Shown in pieces: positions 36,906 through 47,200 of a DNA stretch of 64,000 bases. Numbering within the stretch: position 1 is the stretch's first letter; the number at the start of each line of letters is the position of its first letter. A model generated the notes under the pieces. It was not told where the DNA came from and ran no database searches. It saw only the letters and a list, made by a program, of their open reading frames with translations. The position numbers and the translations under genes are program-made. The DNA lies in sequence record NC_019408.1. One strand, written 5' to 3'.

Positions 36906-37604
36906 ATGGCGATCAATAGCACTGAACTCGTCGACCGCCTGATCAAGCTGGTCGCCTTCGGGGTCACCAAGACCGGCAAGGCGTCCGACAAGAGCGGCTC
37001 GAACGAATCGATCCCCTCTCCGTCCGTGGTGTTCCCCGAGAACATCTGGAACGAGAAGGGCCTCCTGCCGGCGCTGCCGCCGACCAGCGACAGCGCCCAG
37101 GTCAAGGTCTACTCGGGCGCCACGCGCATCCGGGCGACCGCCGATCCCACGGCCCAGCCCAACGAGACGTGGCTGGCCACCTCGACCTTCGGAACGCCGT
37201 CGACGCGGCTGACCAATTTCATCGCCCCCTCGGTGGGTGGCTCGGGCTACGCCGCCCGCGTCTTCATCGGGGACCCCAACACCGGCCCGGCCGCCCGCAT
37301 CTTTCCCGACACCACCGGGGAAGAGTGGACCTTCGACTACATGGCCGGCGTCCTCAACTTCCCGACCGCCGTGCCGGGAGCCAAGACCGCAACCATCGGC
37401 TCCGGCTCCGTCAGCATCGCGGCCAACGGCATCTATCTCGAACTCTACCGCTACATCGGCGCGACCGGCGGCGGCGGAGGCGGGGTCGACCCCGACAGCC
37501 TGGGCACCATGGCGTACCAGGATGCCGATGACGTCGACATCACCGGCGGAGCGATCCGCAACGTCGTCTTCACCAACGTCACCATCGACGGCGGTACGTT
37601 CTAA
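36906..37604 (+). CDS. Putative virion protein
   Basis: WTFDYMAGVLNF; LGTMAYQDADDVDITGG fibre-type motif. Confidence 0.7.
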   Translation: MAINSTELVDRLIKLVAFGVTKTGKASDKSGSNESIPSPSVVFPENIWNEKGLLPALPPTSDSAQVKVYSGATRIRATADPTAQPNETWLATSTFGTPSTRLTNFIAPSVGGSGYAARVFIGDPNTGPAARIFPDTTGEEWTFDYMAGVLNFPTAVPGAKTATIGSGSVSIAANGIYLELYRYIGATGGGGGGVDPDSLGTMAYQDADDVDITGGAIRNVVFTNVTIDGGTF

Positions 37605-37622
37605 CCCTCAGGAGCCCCAACC

Positions 37623-38039
37623 ATGGCCTCGCTCGTCTACAACTCCATGCTGCACGATCTGGTCAATGGCGACATCGCCTTTGACACCGACACCTTCAAG
37701 GTCATGCTGGTGACCTCGGCCTACACGCCGAACAAGGACACCCACACCCGCAAGAACCAAGTCACCAACGAAGTGACCGGCGCGGGCTACACCGCCGGCG
37801 GTCAGGCCTCGGCCGTGACCATCACGCCCGACACCGCCAACGACCGCGAGGACCTGTCGTTCGCGACCGTGACCTGGACCAGCGCCACCATCACCGCCCG
37901 CGCGGCCGTGATCTACAAGGACACCGGCACGGCCTCGACCTCGCCGCTGGTCGCCTACGTCGACTTCGGCACGGACGTGTCGTCGACCAACGCGAACTTC
38001 GCCGTGTCGTTCTCGTCGCCGCTGCGCTTCCAGAACTAA
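37623..38039 (+). CDS. Putative fibre-associated structural protein
   Basis: DTDTFKVMLVTSAYTP...EVTGAGYTAGG...PLVAYVDFG family motif. Confidence 0.7.
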   Translation: MASLVYNSMLHDLVNGDIAFDTDTFKVMLVTSAYTPNKDTHTRKNQVTNEVTGAGYTAGGQASAVTITPDTANDREDLSFATVTWTSATITARAAVIYKDTGTASTSPLVAYVDFGTDVSSTNANFAVSFSSPLRFQN

Positions 38040-38046
38040 TCCCTAG

Positions 38047-38070
38047 GTCACGAAACCAGGGTTTTGTGAC
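38047..38070. promoter_or_regulatory. GTCAC-N14-GTGAC operator-like palindrome
   Basis: CTAG-GTCACGAAACCAGGGTTTTGTGAC-CTAG. Confidence 0.8.
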
Positions 38071-38110
38071 CTAGCCCTCCCGTCCATCCTCCCGTCAAAG
38101 GTCTCCCGCG

Positions 38111-41100
38111 TTGGTCGATCTCGTCGCCGGCACGCCCGCTTCCGTTGCCTATTCCGGCAGCGCGGTGGAGTATGTCGTCAAGGCTGCGGGTCAGGTCGAC
38201 ATCTACCTGTGGGGTGGCGCGGGCTCGGGCGGCTACTATGCCAACGGTTCGGGCAACGCCAACAAGTTCGGCGGCGCGGGCGGCTACACCAATGCCCGCT
38301 TCATGGTCGATGTCGGCGACATCATCACCGTCGAGGTGGGCCAGGGCGGGCGCGTCCCGACCGGCTCGGGCACCACCGCGTCTGCCGGTGGCCTGGGCGG
38401 CTGGCCTGATGGCGGCTTCGGGGCGATCAACTCTGGCGCGGCTTGGGTTGCTCCTGGCGGCGGCGGCGGTTCGACCCGCATCTATAAGAACGGCGATCTG
38501 GTCGCCGTCGCGGGCGGCGGCGGCGGCGCCACGGGCTTCTACAGCGGCGGCAACGGCGGCGGCGCGCTCGGCATGGCGTCGACCGACGCCTCGTCCGGCG
38601 CGGGCGGCACGCAGCTTGCCGGCGGCGTGGCCGGCTCGGGCACGCTGGCTGTCCAGTCCGGCGGCTACTTCCGGGGCGGTCAAGCCAGCACCGCCGCGAA
38701 CGTCTCCAACGCCTACACGGGCGGCGGCGGCGGCGGCGGCTTCTATGGCGGCGCGTCCAACGGCGGCGGCTCGGGCGCGCACGGCTCGGGCGGCGGCGGC
38801 TCGGGCTGGCTGTCCCAGGCCACCGACGTCGCGGGCGCGTGCCGTGTTGCGCCGCAGGACGGCACGGGCGCTCCGATCAACCCGGCGGGCATCACCATTC
38901 CGGCCGGCACCGCGCAAGGCGGGGTCGGCCCCACGGTCGCAAGCACGGGCTGGGCCTCGATCACGCCGGGCGGCAACGGCTTTGCCTACCTCGCCCTGAC
39001 CGACATCGGGGCCACGGCCTCGGCCCTGCCGTCGGGCAGTAGCACGCTCAGCTATACCGGAACCCGGCAGGTCTACGAGGTCACCGACATCTGCTCGGTC
39101 GACTTCGAGATGTGGGGCGGCGGCGGCGGCGGCGGCTTCTATACCTCTGGCGGCAACGCCGCGCGCTTCGGCGGCGCGGCCGGCTACACCAAGCTCACCC
39201 GCATCCTCTATCCGGGCGACATCGTCGAGGTCGAGGTCGCCCAGGGCGGTCAGGCCCCGAGCGGCGTCAGCCAGACCGGCGGCGCGGGCGGCTGGCCCAA
39301 TGGGGGCTCCGGCGGACGCCCGGCGGCGGCGGCGCCCAACTTTGGTGGCGGCGGCGGCTCGACCAACGTCTGGGTCAACGGACGTCTGCTGGCGATCGCG
39401 GCCGGCGGCGGCGGCTCGACCGGCTTCTACTACGGCGGTGTGGGCGGCGGGCGCTTTGGCCTCCAGTCGACCGACCAGACGACCAACAACGGCACCGGCG
39501 GCACCTGGGGCGGCGTCAACGCGGTCAGCAGCCAGGGTCGCGGCTATTTCCTGCAAGGCGGCCACGGCTCGCCGATCGAATCCCCGACCGTCGCGATCGC
39601 CACGGCTGGCGCGGGCGGCGGCGGCGGCTATTACGGCGGCGGGGGCGCCAAGGGCGGCTCGGGCACGCACGGCTCGGGCGGCGGCGGCTGCGGCTACACC
39701 TCGGGCGATAACACCTACAACCGCGTTATGCAGGCGGGGACGCCTGCCACCGGCGCGCCCTACGATCCGGGCACCAAGCCGGCTGGCGTGGGCGTGGGCG
39801 GAACGGGCGGCTCGTCGGCTGGCACCACCGGCCCTGGCGGCGACGGTGCGATCAACCTGACCGTCACCCCCCTGACGAGTCTGCCGACCCTGCCGACTGG
39901 CAAGACGGTCTTCAGCTTCACCAACGCGGCTGAGCATTACGTCGCCGGAACCACGGGCCTGATGGCCCTGAAGGTCTGGGGCGCGGGCGGTGGCGGCTGC
40001 ACGCGCTCGTCTGGCACGCTGCGGCGCGGCGGCGGCGGCGGCTTCTTCAAGGTCGACATCGTCAAGATCAACCAGGGTGACATCGTCACCTTCGTGGTCG
40101 GCGAGGGCGGCAAGGGCATGCCCGGCCCGAACCTGGGCGGACGCGGTGGCTTCCCGAACGGCGAATACGGCAACGCCGGCGACGCCACGGGTGGCAACGC
40201 CGGCGGCGGCGGCTCCTCCCACGTCTACATCAACGGCAAGCTTGTTGGGGTCGCGGGTGGCGGTGGCGGTGGCGCGATCTCGTTCGACGGCGGCACGGCG
40301 GGTCTGGCGTCCTATCCGCCCAGCGGCGACGGCTTTGGCCCCTCCGGCTCGTCCCTCTTCTATGGCGGCTTCTCGCCCCAGCGCGGCGCGGAAGGCAACA
40401 ACCGTGGCGTCTTTATGCTGGCCGGCATCGGTCAGATTGACGGCGGCACGATCGACACGCCCAACAACCTCGCGGGCGGCGGCGGTGGCGGCGGCTACTG
40501 GGGCGGCGCCGGCTCGGCGCCCAACAACTCCCGCTTCCAGCCCGGCGGCCCTGGCTCCACCTACATCACCGCCAACTATGTGGGCACCCAGCAGGCGGGC
40601 ACCACCAGCGGCACCAACCTGTCCGATCCCGATTGGGGGTCCTCGGCCAGCGTGGGTGGCCAGGGCTCTAACACGCCCGGCAACTCCGTCACCAATGGTG
40701 GGCACGGGCGCATCGTCTGCTCGTTCGACATCCCGACTCTGCTGAACGAAAGCGTCAGCGCCAACGTCCCCGTGGCCTCGGCGGTCCAGACCTTCATGGT
40801 CGGCAACGACGGCACCATCACGCTCAAGGCCTGGGGCGCGGGCGGCGGCGGCTCGATGATGACCGCCAACAGCGGCTCGGAACTGGCCGGCGGCGGCGGC
40901 TATGCGGCGGCGACGCTCGACCTCAAGAAGGGCCAAATCCTGCGCGTCTATAACGGCGCGGGCGGCAATGGCGCGGTCTATACCAGCGGCGTCTCTGGGG
41001 CCTTCGTTGGCACCGGCGGTCCCGGCGGCTGGCCCGATGGTGGTCAGGGCGGCATGCACGTCTCGGGCATCTTCGGCGGCGGCGGCGGCTCCTCGCGCGT

Positions 41101-44100
41101 CTATGTCGACGACATCCTGCTTCTGGTCGCGGGCGGCGGCGGCGGCGGCGGCATCCATACGGCCACGACCACCGCCGGCGGCGGCGGTGGCACGACGGGC
41201 GGCAACTCCGACACCGTCACGGTCTTCAACACCGGCGGCCAGACCTATCGCGGCGGCTGGAACACCGGCCGCACGACCGACGCGACCACCTCGGGCAGCG
41301 GTTTCAAGGGCGGCGCGGGCTATCTGGCAGGCAGCACGGCCTCGACCAGCAACATCGCCCATGGTGGCGGTGGCGGCGGCGGCCTCTATGGCGGTTCGGG
41401 CTCCGGTTCCACCAACGCCTCCTCGACCGGCTGGCTGGGCGGCGCCGGCGGCTCGGGCTTCGTCGCGGACGGCTGGGACGTCACCGAGTACGACTACCTG
41501 CGCGACTACGTGGTCTTGCAGTATAGCTTCGACACGCCCAGCGGCGTGGCCGACGATGCGCGCAAGCTGAACACCCTGCTGCTCGATACGGCCCCGACGA
41601 CGACGACCTCCGGCCCGAAGTTCGGCACCACCTGCCTGACCATGTCTGCCGGCCACTTGACGACGGACATCCCGGCGATCGGCCAGCAGGACTTCACCCT
41701 GGAAGGTTGGTTCAACCCCGCGTCCTTGACGACCGGGGTCATGATGATCATCGGGGACCAGAGCATCAACGGCCTGTCCCTGCACTACTACCCCTCGGCC
41801 ACGGTCCTGGGCCTGCGGTACAACAACGCCGATCCCTCGGGCGCCACGCTCGACACCAAGTACACCGACTCTGCGCGCGCCGCCAACGTCTGGGCGCACT
41901 ATGCGATCTCGCGCGACATCAACGGCACGCGCGTCTACAAGGACGGCATCCTCGTCTCGACGACGACCGGCTCGCCGTTCTCGATCACCGCCACCACCCT
42001 GACCCTGGGCAACTACCGGTCGATCGCGGGGGCCAGCACGCGCTTCGTCGGCAAGATCGACGAGGTGCGCCTGACGGTGGGTGTCGCCCGCTACCGCCAG
42101 AACTTCAAGCCCCAGCAGTTCCGCAACAAGCGCACCCTGGGCCTGACGGGTGCGAGCACGGTCCAGGCCGGCAGCAGCGGCAACGGCCTGCCGGCCTCCA
42201 CGGGCGTCTCGGGCTATGCCGCCGGTCGCGGTGTCGGCGCGGCCGTCAAGACCACGCCCGCCAATGGCAACCCTGGCGGCGACGGGCAGATCAACTATTT
42301 CCTGGCGACCTCGACGGTCGCGGCGACGGGTCCGATCGGCACCGTCCAGGTCGGTGGACTGATCACGGCCGCCGCCGGCGCCTTCTATCCGCTGCCGGCG
42401 GCCGGCACCACCGTCGTCCATCCCTATACCGGCTCGCGCTACAACTACTCGGTCGACGATCCGGGTGGGGCGCGCATCAAGGTCGAGATGTGGGGCGCGG
42501 GCGGCGGCGGCTGCTCGGCGACCAACTCCAGCACCTCGACGGGTGGCGGCGGCGGCGGCTATACCGTCTACGAGATGGACCTTGTCCAGGGTGACAAGAT
42601 CACGCTCCAGACGCCGTCCGGGGGCTTCGGCTCCAACACCGCCGGCGGCAGCGACGCCTCGGGCATCAATGCCGGCGGCTATCCCGACGGTGGCAACGGC
42701 TATCGCCCCGCCTTCACCGCGTTCAACGGCGGCGGCGGCGGCTCTGCGCGCATGTGGGCGGGCGGCGATCTGGCGGCCGTGGCGGGCGGCGGCGGCGGCG
42801 GCGCCTATGGCTCGGTCGCCTATGACTTCGCGGGCGGCCCCGGTGGCGGTTCGTCGGGCGGCTCGGGTGGCTACGACGGCGTCAACGCGACCTTCCCCAA
42901 CACCGGCGGCACCCAAAGCGTCGGTGGCACGGGCACGCCCAACGGTGTCTCGGGCTCGTTCATGCAAGGCGGCGTGGGCGGCACCACGATCAGCGTCGCC
43001 AACAACGGCCCCGGCGGCGGCGGTGGCTATTACGGCGGCGGCGGCGGCGGCGCCTACAAGGCGGCCGGCGGCGGCTCGGGCTACATCAACACCACCCTGA
43101 GCGGCTATCGCACCGGCTCGACCTCGGGCGGCTCGGGCAACCTGCCGGGCGGCATGGGCTCGCCCAACTACGCCTCGGGCATCGGGGTCGGTTCGAACGG
43201 CAAGGCGGGCGTTCGCGACGGCGGCAACGGCCGGATCGTCCTGACGGTCATCACGCCCACGCCCGGCAACGCCGCCGGTCTGATCGGCACCGTCAACGTC
43301 TCGGGCCTGAACACCTTCGGCACCCTGGTCGGCACCCCGACCGGCGCGATCGGCACGGTCAATGTCGTCGTCCCGGTCGGCACGTCCGGTCAGCCGGCCT
43401 TTGCGTCGGGCGTCCTGCCGGTCATCGGGCTGGGTCCGCCCGAGACGATCCCGCAGGCCCAGGCGATCGTCATCGTTCCGATCAACGACCAGACCTCGCT
43501 CCTGGTCAGCCCGCCCGATCACGCGCCGTTCGCCATCGACGCCGAGGGCACGGGTGATCTGGGCACGATCACCGTCACGTCGTTCAACTCGACCCAGACG
43601 GCCGCCGCCAACGCCACCCCCGCCCTGCCGACGGTCACGCTCACCGCGCCCGAGGCTGACGCGGTCGAAATCCCGCCGGTCCTGGCGTCGGGCGCGCTCG
43701 TCACCATCCCGGTCACCGCGCCCGAGGCGTCCACCCAGGTCATCCCCCCGGTCGAGACCAGCGGCGACATCGGCACGATCACGCTCGTCACGCTCAACGG
43801 CGACGCCTCGACCAACAACAACGTCGCCACCTCGGGCGACATCGGCACGATCACGCTCACCGCGCTGGATGGCAGCGCCCAGGGTGATGATCTGGCCGAG
43901 GGCCTGATCGGTACGATCACGGTCACCGTCCCCACGGCGGTCGTTCAGCAGAGCGCCGAGGCGACCGGCGACATTGGCACCATCTCGGTCTACGCGATCG
44001 AAGGGGGTCAACCGGCTGACGCCAGCGGCGACATCGGCACGATCCAGATCGTCCCGCTGGGCGTCTCGGTCAACGCCAGCAGCGGCGACGACGTCAACCT

Positions 44101-46528
44101 CTACGTCGATCCGGGCCTGATCTATGTCGTGGCCCCGTTCGGCCAGGGCTTCTGGATTTCCGAGGACAACTTCGTCCACGCCCTGCCCGATCCGCTGGTC
44201 GTGTCGGTCACCACGCCGACCGGCAGCGCGCGCGGCGACGTGCGCATGGTCGGCTCGTTCGCGCCGATCATCCTGTCCAAGCTGGATGGATCGGCTGGCG
44301 GCGACGGCCTCGCCGAGCCCTATACGGGCGACTGGATCATCCTGGTCTCGCCGCCGGTTCCGCAAACGGAACTGAACGCCAACGTCAACGTGGCGATGCC
44401 GCCGCCGATCGTCATCAACGGCAACGACGCGGAAGCCTCGCTCGACATCACCGTGCCGTTCAGCGACACGGCGGTGTTCATCACCGGCCCCGAGGCGTTG
44501 GGTCTGGGCTTCCACGGCGGGCAACTGGGTCCGCCGATCCTGGTCACGCCCCCGGCGGGCGGCCCGGAGATCAGCGCCAACGGCATCGGCCAGATCGGCA
44601 CGATCGGCGTTGAGCCGCCGCGCTTCCACTACATCCCGCCGATCACCGTCATCCCGCCCGAAGGCGTGGCGCTGGACGCCAAGTCGGCCCAGGCCTCCGG
44701 CTCGCTGGGCACGATCACCATCGGCGTGCCGACGGGCGGCTATCAGGCCGCTGTCGCCATCAACCTGCCGCTGCCGACGATCTTCGTCACCACGCCGCAG
44801 GCCATGGTCTTCGCCTCGGTCGCCATCAGCGGCGCCCTGAGCACGATCACGCTCACCCCGCCCGTCGCCAGCCTGACGGCCGGCGCGAACGCGTCCTTCA
44901 CTCTGCCCGGTCCCATCGTCCTGACCTCGCCCGAGGCGACGGCGACGGCCGGCACGGCGGCCTCGACCTCCGGCGCACTGACCACCATCACCCTGACGGC
45001 GCCGACTGGTTCGGTCGCGACCGGCAGCGCCGCCTCGGCCACCGGCTCGATCGGCACGATCACGGTCACGCCGTTCGACGGCAGCGTCTTCATCTCCTAC
45101 CCCGGTTTTGCCACGGGCGCGATCGGCACGATCACCCTGACGCCGCCGGCCGCGACCGTCAGCAACGGCCGTAACCTCTCGCTCGCTTTCCCCGGCCCGA
45201 TCGTCGTCACCTCGCCGGTCGCCGTACCGCGCGGCTCGGTCGCCATCACCGGCACCATCGGCACGATCACGCTCACCGCGCCCATCGGCACGGCGACCGG
45301 CGACACCATCTTCGGCACCGGCGACATCGGCACGATCACCGTCACGGGGATCAATGGCGCGGCGACCGGGCGCGGCCTGGGCACGGGCGCGATCGGCACG
45401 ATCGTCGTCACCCCGCCGGCCGCGACGCTCACCACCGGCGCCAACAAGTCCGTCGCCCTGCCCGGCCCGATCGTCGTCACCGCCCCGACGGGCGTGGGCC
45501 GCGTGCCCAGCGCTACCTCGGGCGCGCTCGGCACGATCACGATCACCAGCACGCCCGAGGCTACGGTCTCGGCCGGGCAGGGTCTGTCGGGTCAGATCGG
45601 CACGATCACGATCACCCCGCCCGAGGCGCAAGGCCAGGGCGCGGTCTTCATCCAGGCGACCGACGAACTCGTCGTTCAGACCCTGCCGCCGCAGGCGATC
45701 CTCTTCCAGGAAGCCACGGTCATCGTCGGCTTCCCGACGATCTACCTTGTCGCGCCCGAGGCGATCACCTACTCGCTGGCCGAGTTCGCCTCGATCACCC
45801 TGCTGCCGCCGGACGCCTATGTGACCGTGCCGCTGCCGCTGGGCAAGAACCGCATCCGCTATCGCCGCAACAACACGGCGGGACATGCGCCCGCGAGCCT
45901 GCTGCCCCACGAGATCGCGCTGAACGAGACCGACGGCCTGCTGTTCACCCGCGACGGCGCGGGCGCGGTCAAGTCCACGCCGCTGGGCTTCATGCACGGC
46001 GAAGGCCTTCCGCCGCCGGCCACCGACGATGGCAAGGTGCTGTCGGGCGGGATGTCCTGGGAGACGCCGTTCACCCAGTACCTGCTCCCGGTCCGCAACG
46101 CCCCGCCGGCCGGCGCGCGCATCGCCCTGGCCGAGGGCGTGGTCGGCACCACGACCTTCACGCCGACGCTCGACGTCACCTACACCCGTCCGTTCTTCGT
46201 GGCCAAGACCATCGACATCCAGGCGCTGTCGATCGAGGTCGTGGGCACCGCCGTCTCGACGGCCGAACTGGGCCTGATCGGCTGGTCGCTCACCGGCACG
46301 CCGGGCGCGGCGATCGTCACCGGCACGGTCAGCACCAGCACGGCGGGCGTCAAGTCCGCCGCCGGCACGGCCACGGTCTTGACGCCGGGCTGGTACGCCG
46401 CCACCTTCAAGGTCACCGGCGCGGCGGGGGCTTCGTTCCGGGCTCCCACCACCCCGACGGCGATCGCGCCGGACTTCACCACCGCGCCGGGCGCGCCCGC
46501 GCCGGTCATGGCGACCCTGGAGACCTAA
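38111..46528 (+). CDS. Giant glycine-rich fibre protein with a LamG/ConA-like domain and Thr-rich repeats
   Basis: Repeated WGAGGGG / GGWPDGG / VAGGGGG modules; FTLEGWF...WAHYAI.R...GKIDEVR LamG; (I)GTIT(L/V)T repeats. Confidence 0.85.
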   Translation: MVDLVAGTPASVAYSGSAVEYVVKAAGQVDIYLWGGAGSGGYYANGSGNANKFGGAGGYTNARFMVDVGDIITVEVGQGGRVPTGSGTTASAGGLGGWPDGGFGAINSGAAWVAPGGGGGSTRIYKNGDLVAVAGGGGGATGFYSGGNGGGALGMASTDASSGAGGTQLAGGVAGSGTLAVQSGGYFRGGQASTAANVSNAYTGGGGGGGFYGGASNGGGSGAHGSGGGGSGWLSQATDVAGACRVAPQDGTGAPINPAGITIPAGTAQGGVGPTVASTGWASITPGGNGFAYLALTDIGATASALPSGSSTLSYTGTRQVYEVTDICSVDFEMWGGGGGGGFYTSGGNAARFGGAAGYTKLTRILYPGDIVEVEVAQGGQAPSGVSQTGGAGGWPNGGSGGRPAAAAPNFGGGGGSTNVWVNGRLLAIAAGGGGSTGFYYGGVGGGRFGLQSTDQTTNNGTGGTWGGVNAVSSQGRGYFLQGGHGSPIESPTVAIATAGAGGGGGYYGGGGAKGGSGTHGSGGGGCGYTSGDNTYNRVMQAGTPATGAPYDPGTKPAGVGVGGTGGSSAGTTGPGGDGAINLTVTPLTSLPTLPTGKTVFSFTNAAEHYVAGTTGLMALKVWGAGGGGCTRSSGTLRRGGGGGFFKVDIVKINQGDIVTFVVGEGGKGMPGPNLGGRGGFPNGEYGNAGDATGGNAGGGGSSHVYINGKLVGVAGGGGGGAISFDGGTAGLASYPPSGDGFGPSGSSLFYGGFSPQRGAEGNNRGVFMLAGIGQIDGGTIDTPNNLAGGGGGGGYWGGAGSAPNNSRFQPGGPGSTYITANYVGTQQAGTTSGTNLSDPDWGSSASVGGQGSNTPGNSVTNGGHGRIVCSFDIPTLLNESVSANVPVASAVQTFMVGNDGTITLKAWGAGGGGSMMTANSGSELAGGGGYAAATLDLKKGQILRVYNGAGGNGAVYTSGVSGAFVGTGGPGGWPDGGQGGMHVSGIFGGGGGSSRVYVDDILLLVAGGGGGGGIHTATTTAGGGGGTTGGNSDTVTVFNTGGQTYRGGWNTGRTTDATTSGSGFKGGAGYLAGSTASTSNIAHGGGGGGGLYGGSGSGSTNASSTGWLGGAGGSGFVADGWDVTEYDYLRDYVVLQYSFDTPSGVADDARKLNTLLLDTAPTTTTSGPKFGTTCLTMSAGHLTTDIPAIGQQDFTLEGWFNPASLTTGVMMIIGDQSINGLSLHYYPSATVLGLRYNNADPSGATLDTKYTDSARAANVWAHYAISRDINGTRVYKDGILVSTTTGSPFSITATTLTLGNYRSIAGASTRFVGKIDEVRLTVGVARYRQNFKPQQFRNKRTLGLTGASTVQAGSSGNGLPASTGVSGYAAGRGVGAAVKTTPANGNPGGDGQINYFLATSTVAATGPIGTVQVGGLITAAAGAFYPLPAAGTTVVHPYTGSRYNYSVDDPGGARIKVEMWGAGGGGCSATNSSTSTGGGGGGYTVYEMDLVQGDKITLQTPSGGFGSNTAGGSDASGINAGGYPDGGNGYRPAFTAFNGGGGGSARMWAGGDLAAVAGGGGGGAYGSVAYDFAGGPGGGSSGGSGGYDGVNATFPNTGGTQSVGGTGTPNGVSGSFMQGGVGGTTISVANNGPGGGGGYYGGGGGGAYKAAGGGSGYINTTLSGYRTGSTSGGSGNLPGGMGSPNYASGIGVGSNGKAGVRDGGNGRIVLTVITPTPGNAAGLIGTVNVSGLNTFGTLVGTPTGAIGTVNVVVPVGTSGQPAFASGVLPVIGLGPPETIPQAQAIVIVPINDQTSLLVSPPDHAPFAIDAEGTGDLGTITVTSFNSTQTAAANATPALPTVTLTAPEADAVEIPPVLASGALVTIPVTAPEASTQVIPPVETSGDIGTITLVTLNGDASTNNNVATSGDIGTITLTALDGSAQGDDLAEGLIGTITVTVPTAVVQQSAEATGDIGTISVYAIEGGQPADASGDIGTIQIVPLGVSVNASSGDDVNLYVDPGLIYVVAPFGQGFWISEDNFVHALPDPLVVSVTTPTGSARGDVRMVGSFAPIILSKLDGSAGGDGLAEPYTGDWIILVSPPVPQTELNANVNVAMPPPIVINGNDAEASLDITVPFSDTAVFITGPEALGLGFHGGQLGPPILVTPPAGGPEISANGIGQIGTIGVEPPRFHYIPPITVIPPEGVALDAKSAQASGSLGTITIGVPTGGYQAAVAINLPLPTIFVTTPQAMVFASVAISGALSTITLTPPVASLTAGANASFTLPGPIVLTSPEATATAGTAASTSGALTTITLTAPTGSVATGSAASATGSIGTITVTPFDGSVFISYPGFATGAIGTITLTPPAATVSNGRNLSLAFPGPIVVTSPVAVPRGSVAITGTIGTITLTAPIGTATGDTIFGTGDIGTITVTGINGAATGRGLGTGAIGTIVVTPPAATLTTGANKSVALPGPIVVTAPTGVGRVPSATSGALGTITITSTPEATVSAGQGLSGQIGTITITPPEAQGQGAVFIQATDELVVQTLPPQAILFQEATVIVGFPTIYLVAPEAITYSLAEFASITLLPPDAYVTVPLPLGKNRIRYRRNNTAGHAPASLLPHEIALNETDGLLFTRDGAGAVKSTPLGFMHGEGLPPPATDDGKVLSGGMSWETPFTQYLLPVRNAPPAGARIALAEGVVGTTTFTPTLDVTYTRPFFVAKTIDIQALSIEVVGTAVSTAELGLIGWSLTGTPGAAIVTGTVSTSTAGVKSAAGTATVLTPGWYAATFKVTGAAGASFRAPTTPTAIAPDFTTAPGAPAPVMATLET

Positions 46529-46531
46529 GGC

Positions 46532-47200
46532 ATGTCGACCGACATCACCATGCCGCCTGACACGACGATCTTCGCGGACGTCAAGCTCAATGGCGGCGCC
46601 GGCGCGCCCGTCGATCTGGCCGATGGCGAACTCTACATCGACGAGGCTGGACGCAAGCTCTATGTCGAGACCGTGGTCGGCGTCCAGCCGATCCCGCTCG
46701 ACGTCGGCTACATCCCGCGCCGGCCCAGCGGCACGCCGCTCGACCACGTGGTCACCAAGACCGCCACCGGCTCCGAGTGGGGGCCGCTCCAGGGCGGCGC
46801 GGGCGGCTCTCCGTTCGACGCGGCTGAGTTCCGCGTGCCGGGCATCGCGCCCACGGGCCTGGACACGGTCGTTCTGCCGGGCGCGTCCGGTGGCATGGCT
46901 CTCTTCGAGATGCCGCTCCAGGACGTCCTCCTGAGCGTGCGTGTACACGCCTCCGCCGGCGTCGGCGCGGTAACCCTGGGACTCTACCCGTTCAACGGCT
47001 CCCTGGGCTCGGAAATCTTCGCCCAGACCCTGACGTTCACCGCGCCCGAGACCCAACTGGTGCCCGTCTCCCTGGCCTTGACGCCGGGGGTGTACGCCTG
47101 GGTGTGGACGGGGGCGTCCTCCGTGACTCTGGACGCGGTCAAGGGCTCCCTGCCCTGGGCGACGAGCGAGCAGGTCCACCCCGTGGCGATGAAGTTCTAA
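46532..47200 (+). CDS. Fibre-associated protein
   Basis: LADGELYIDEAGRKLYV resembles the C-terminal module of the giant protein. Confidence 0.7.
   Translation: MSTDITMPPDTTIFADVKLNGGAGAPVDLADGELYIDEAGRKLYVETVVGVQPIPLDVGYIPRRPSGTPLDHVVTKTATGSEWGPLQGGAGGSPFDAAEFRVPGIAPTGLDTVVLPGASGGMALFEMPLQDVLLSVRVHASAGVGAVTLGLYPFNGSLGSEIFAQTLTFTAPETQLVPVSLALTPGVYAWVWTGASSVTLDAVKGSLPWATSEQVHPVAMKF

Noticed and set aside
38048-47179. 3043-aa minus-strand ORF, and similar long minus ORFs at 19970-22516, 31086-33242, 33539-37105, 57071-58861 and 60067-63738
   Set aside because: These are antisense shadows of GC3-rich plus-strand genes; they have Arg/Ala/Gly-rich low-information translations and no motifs.
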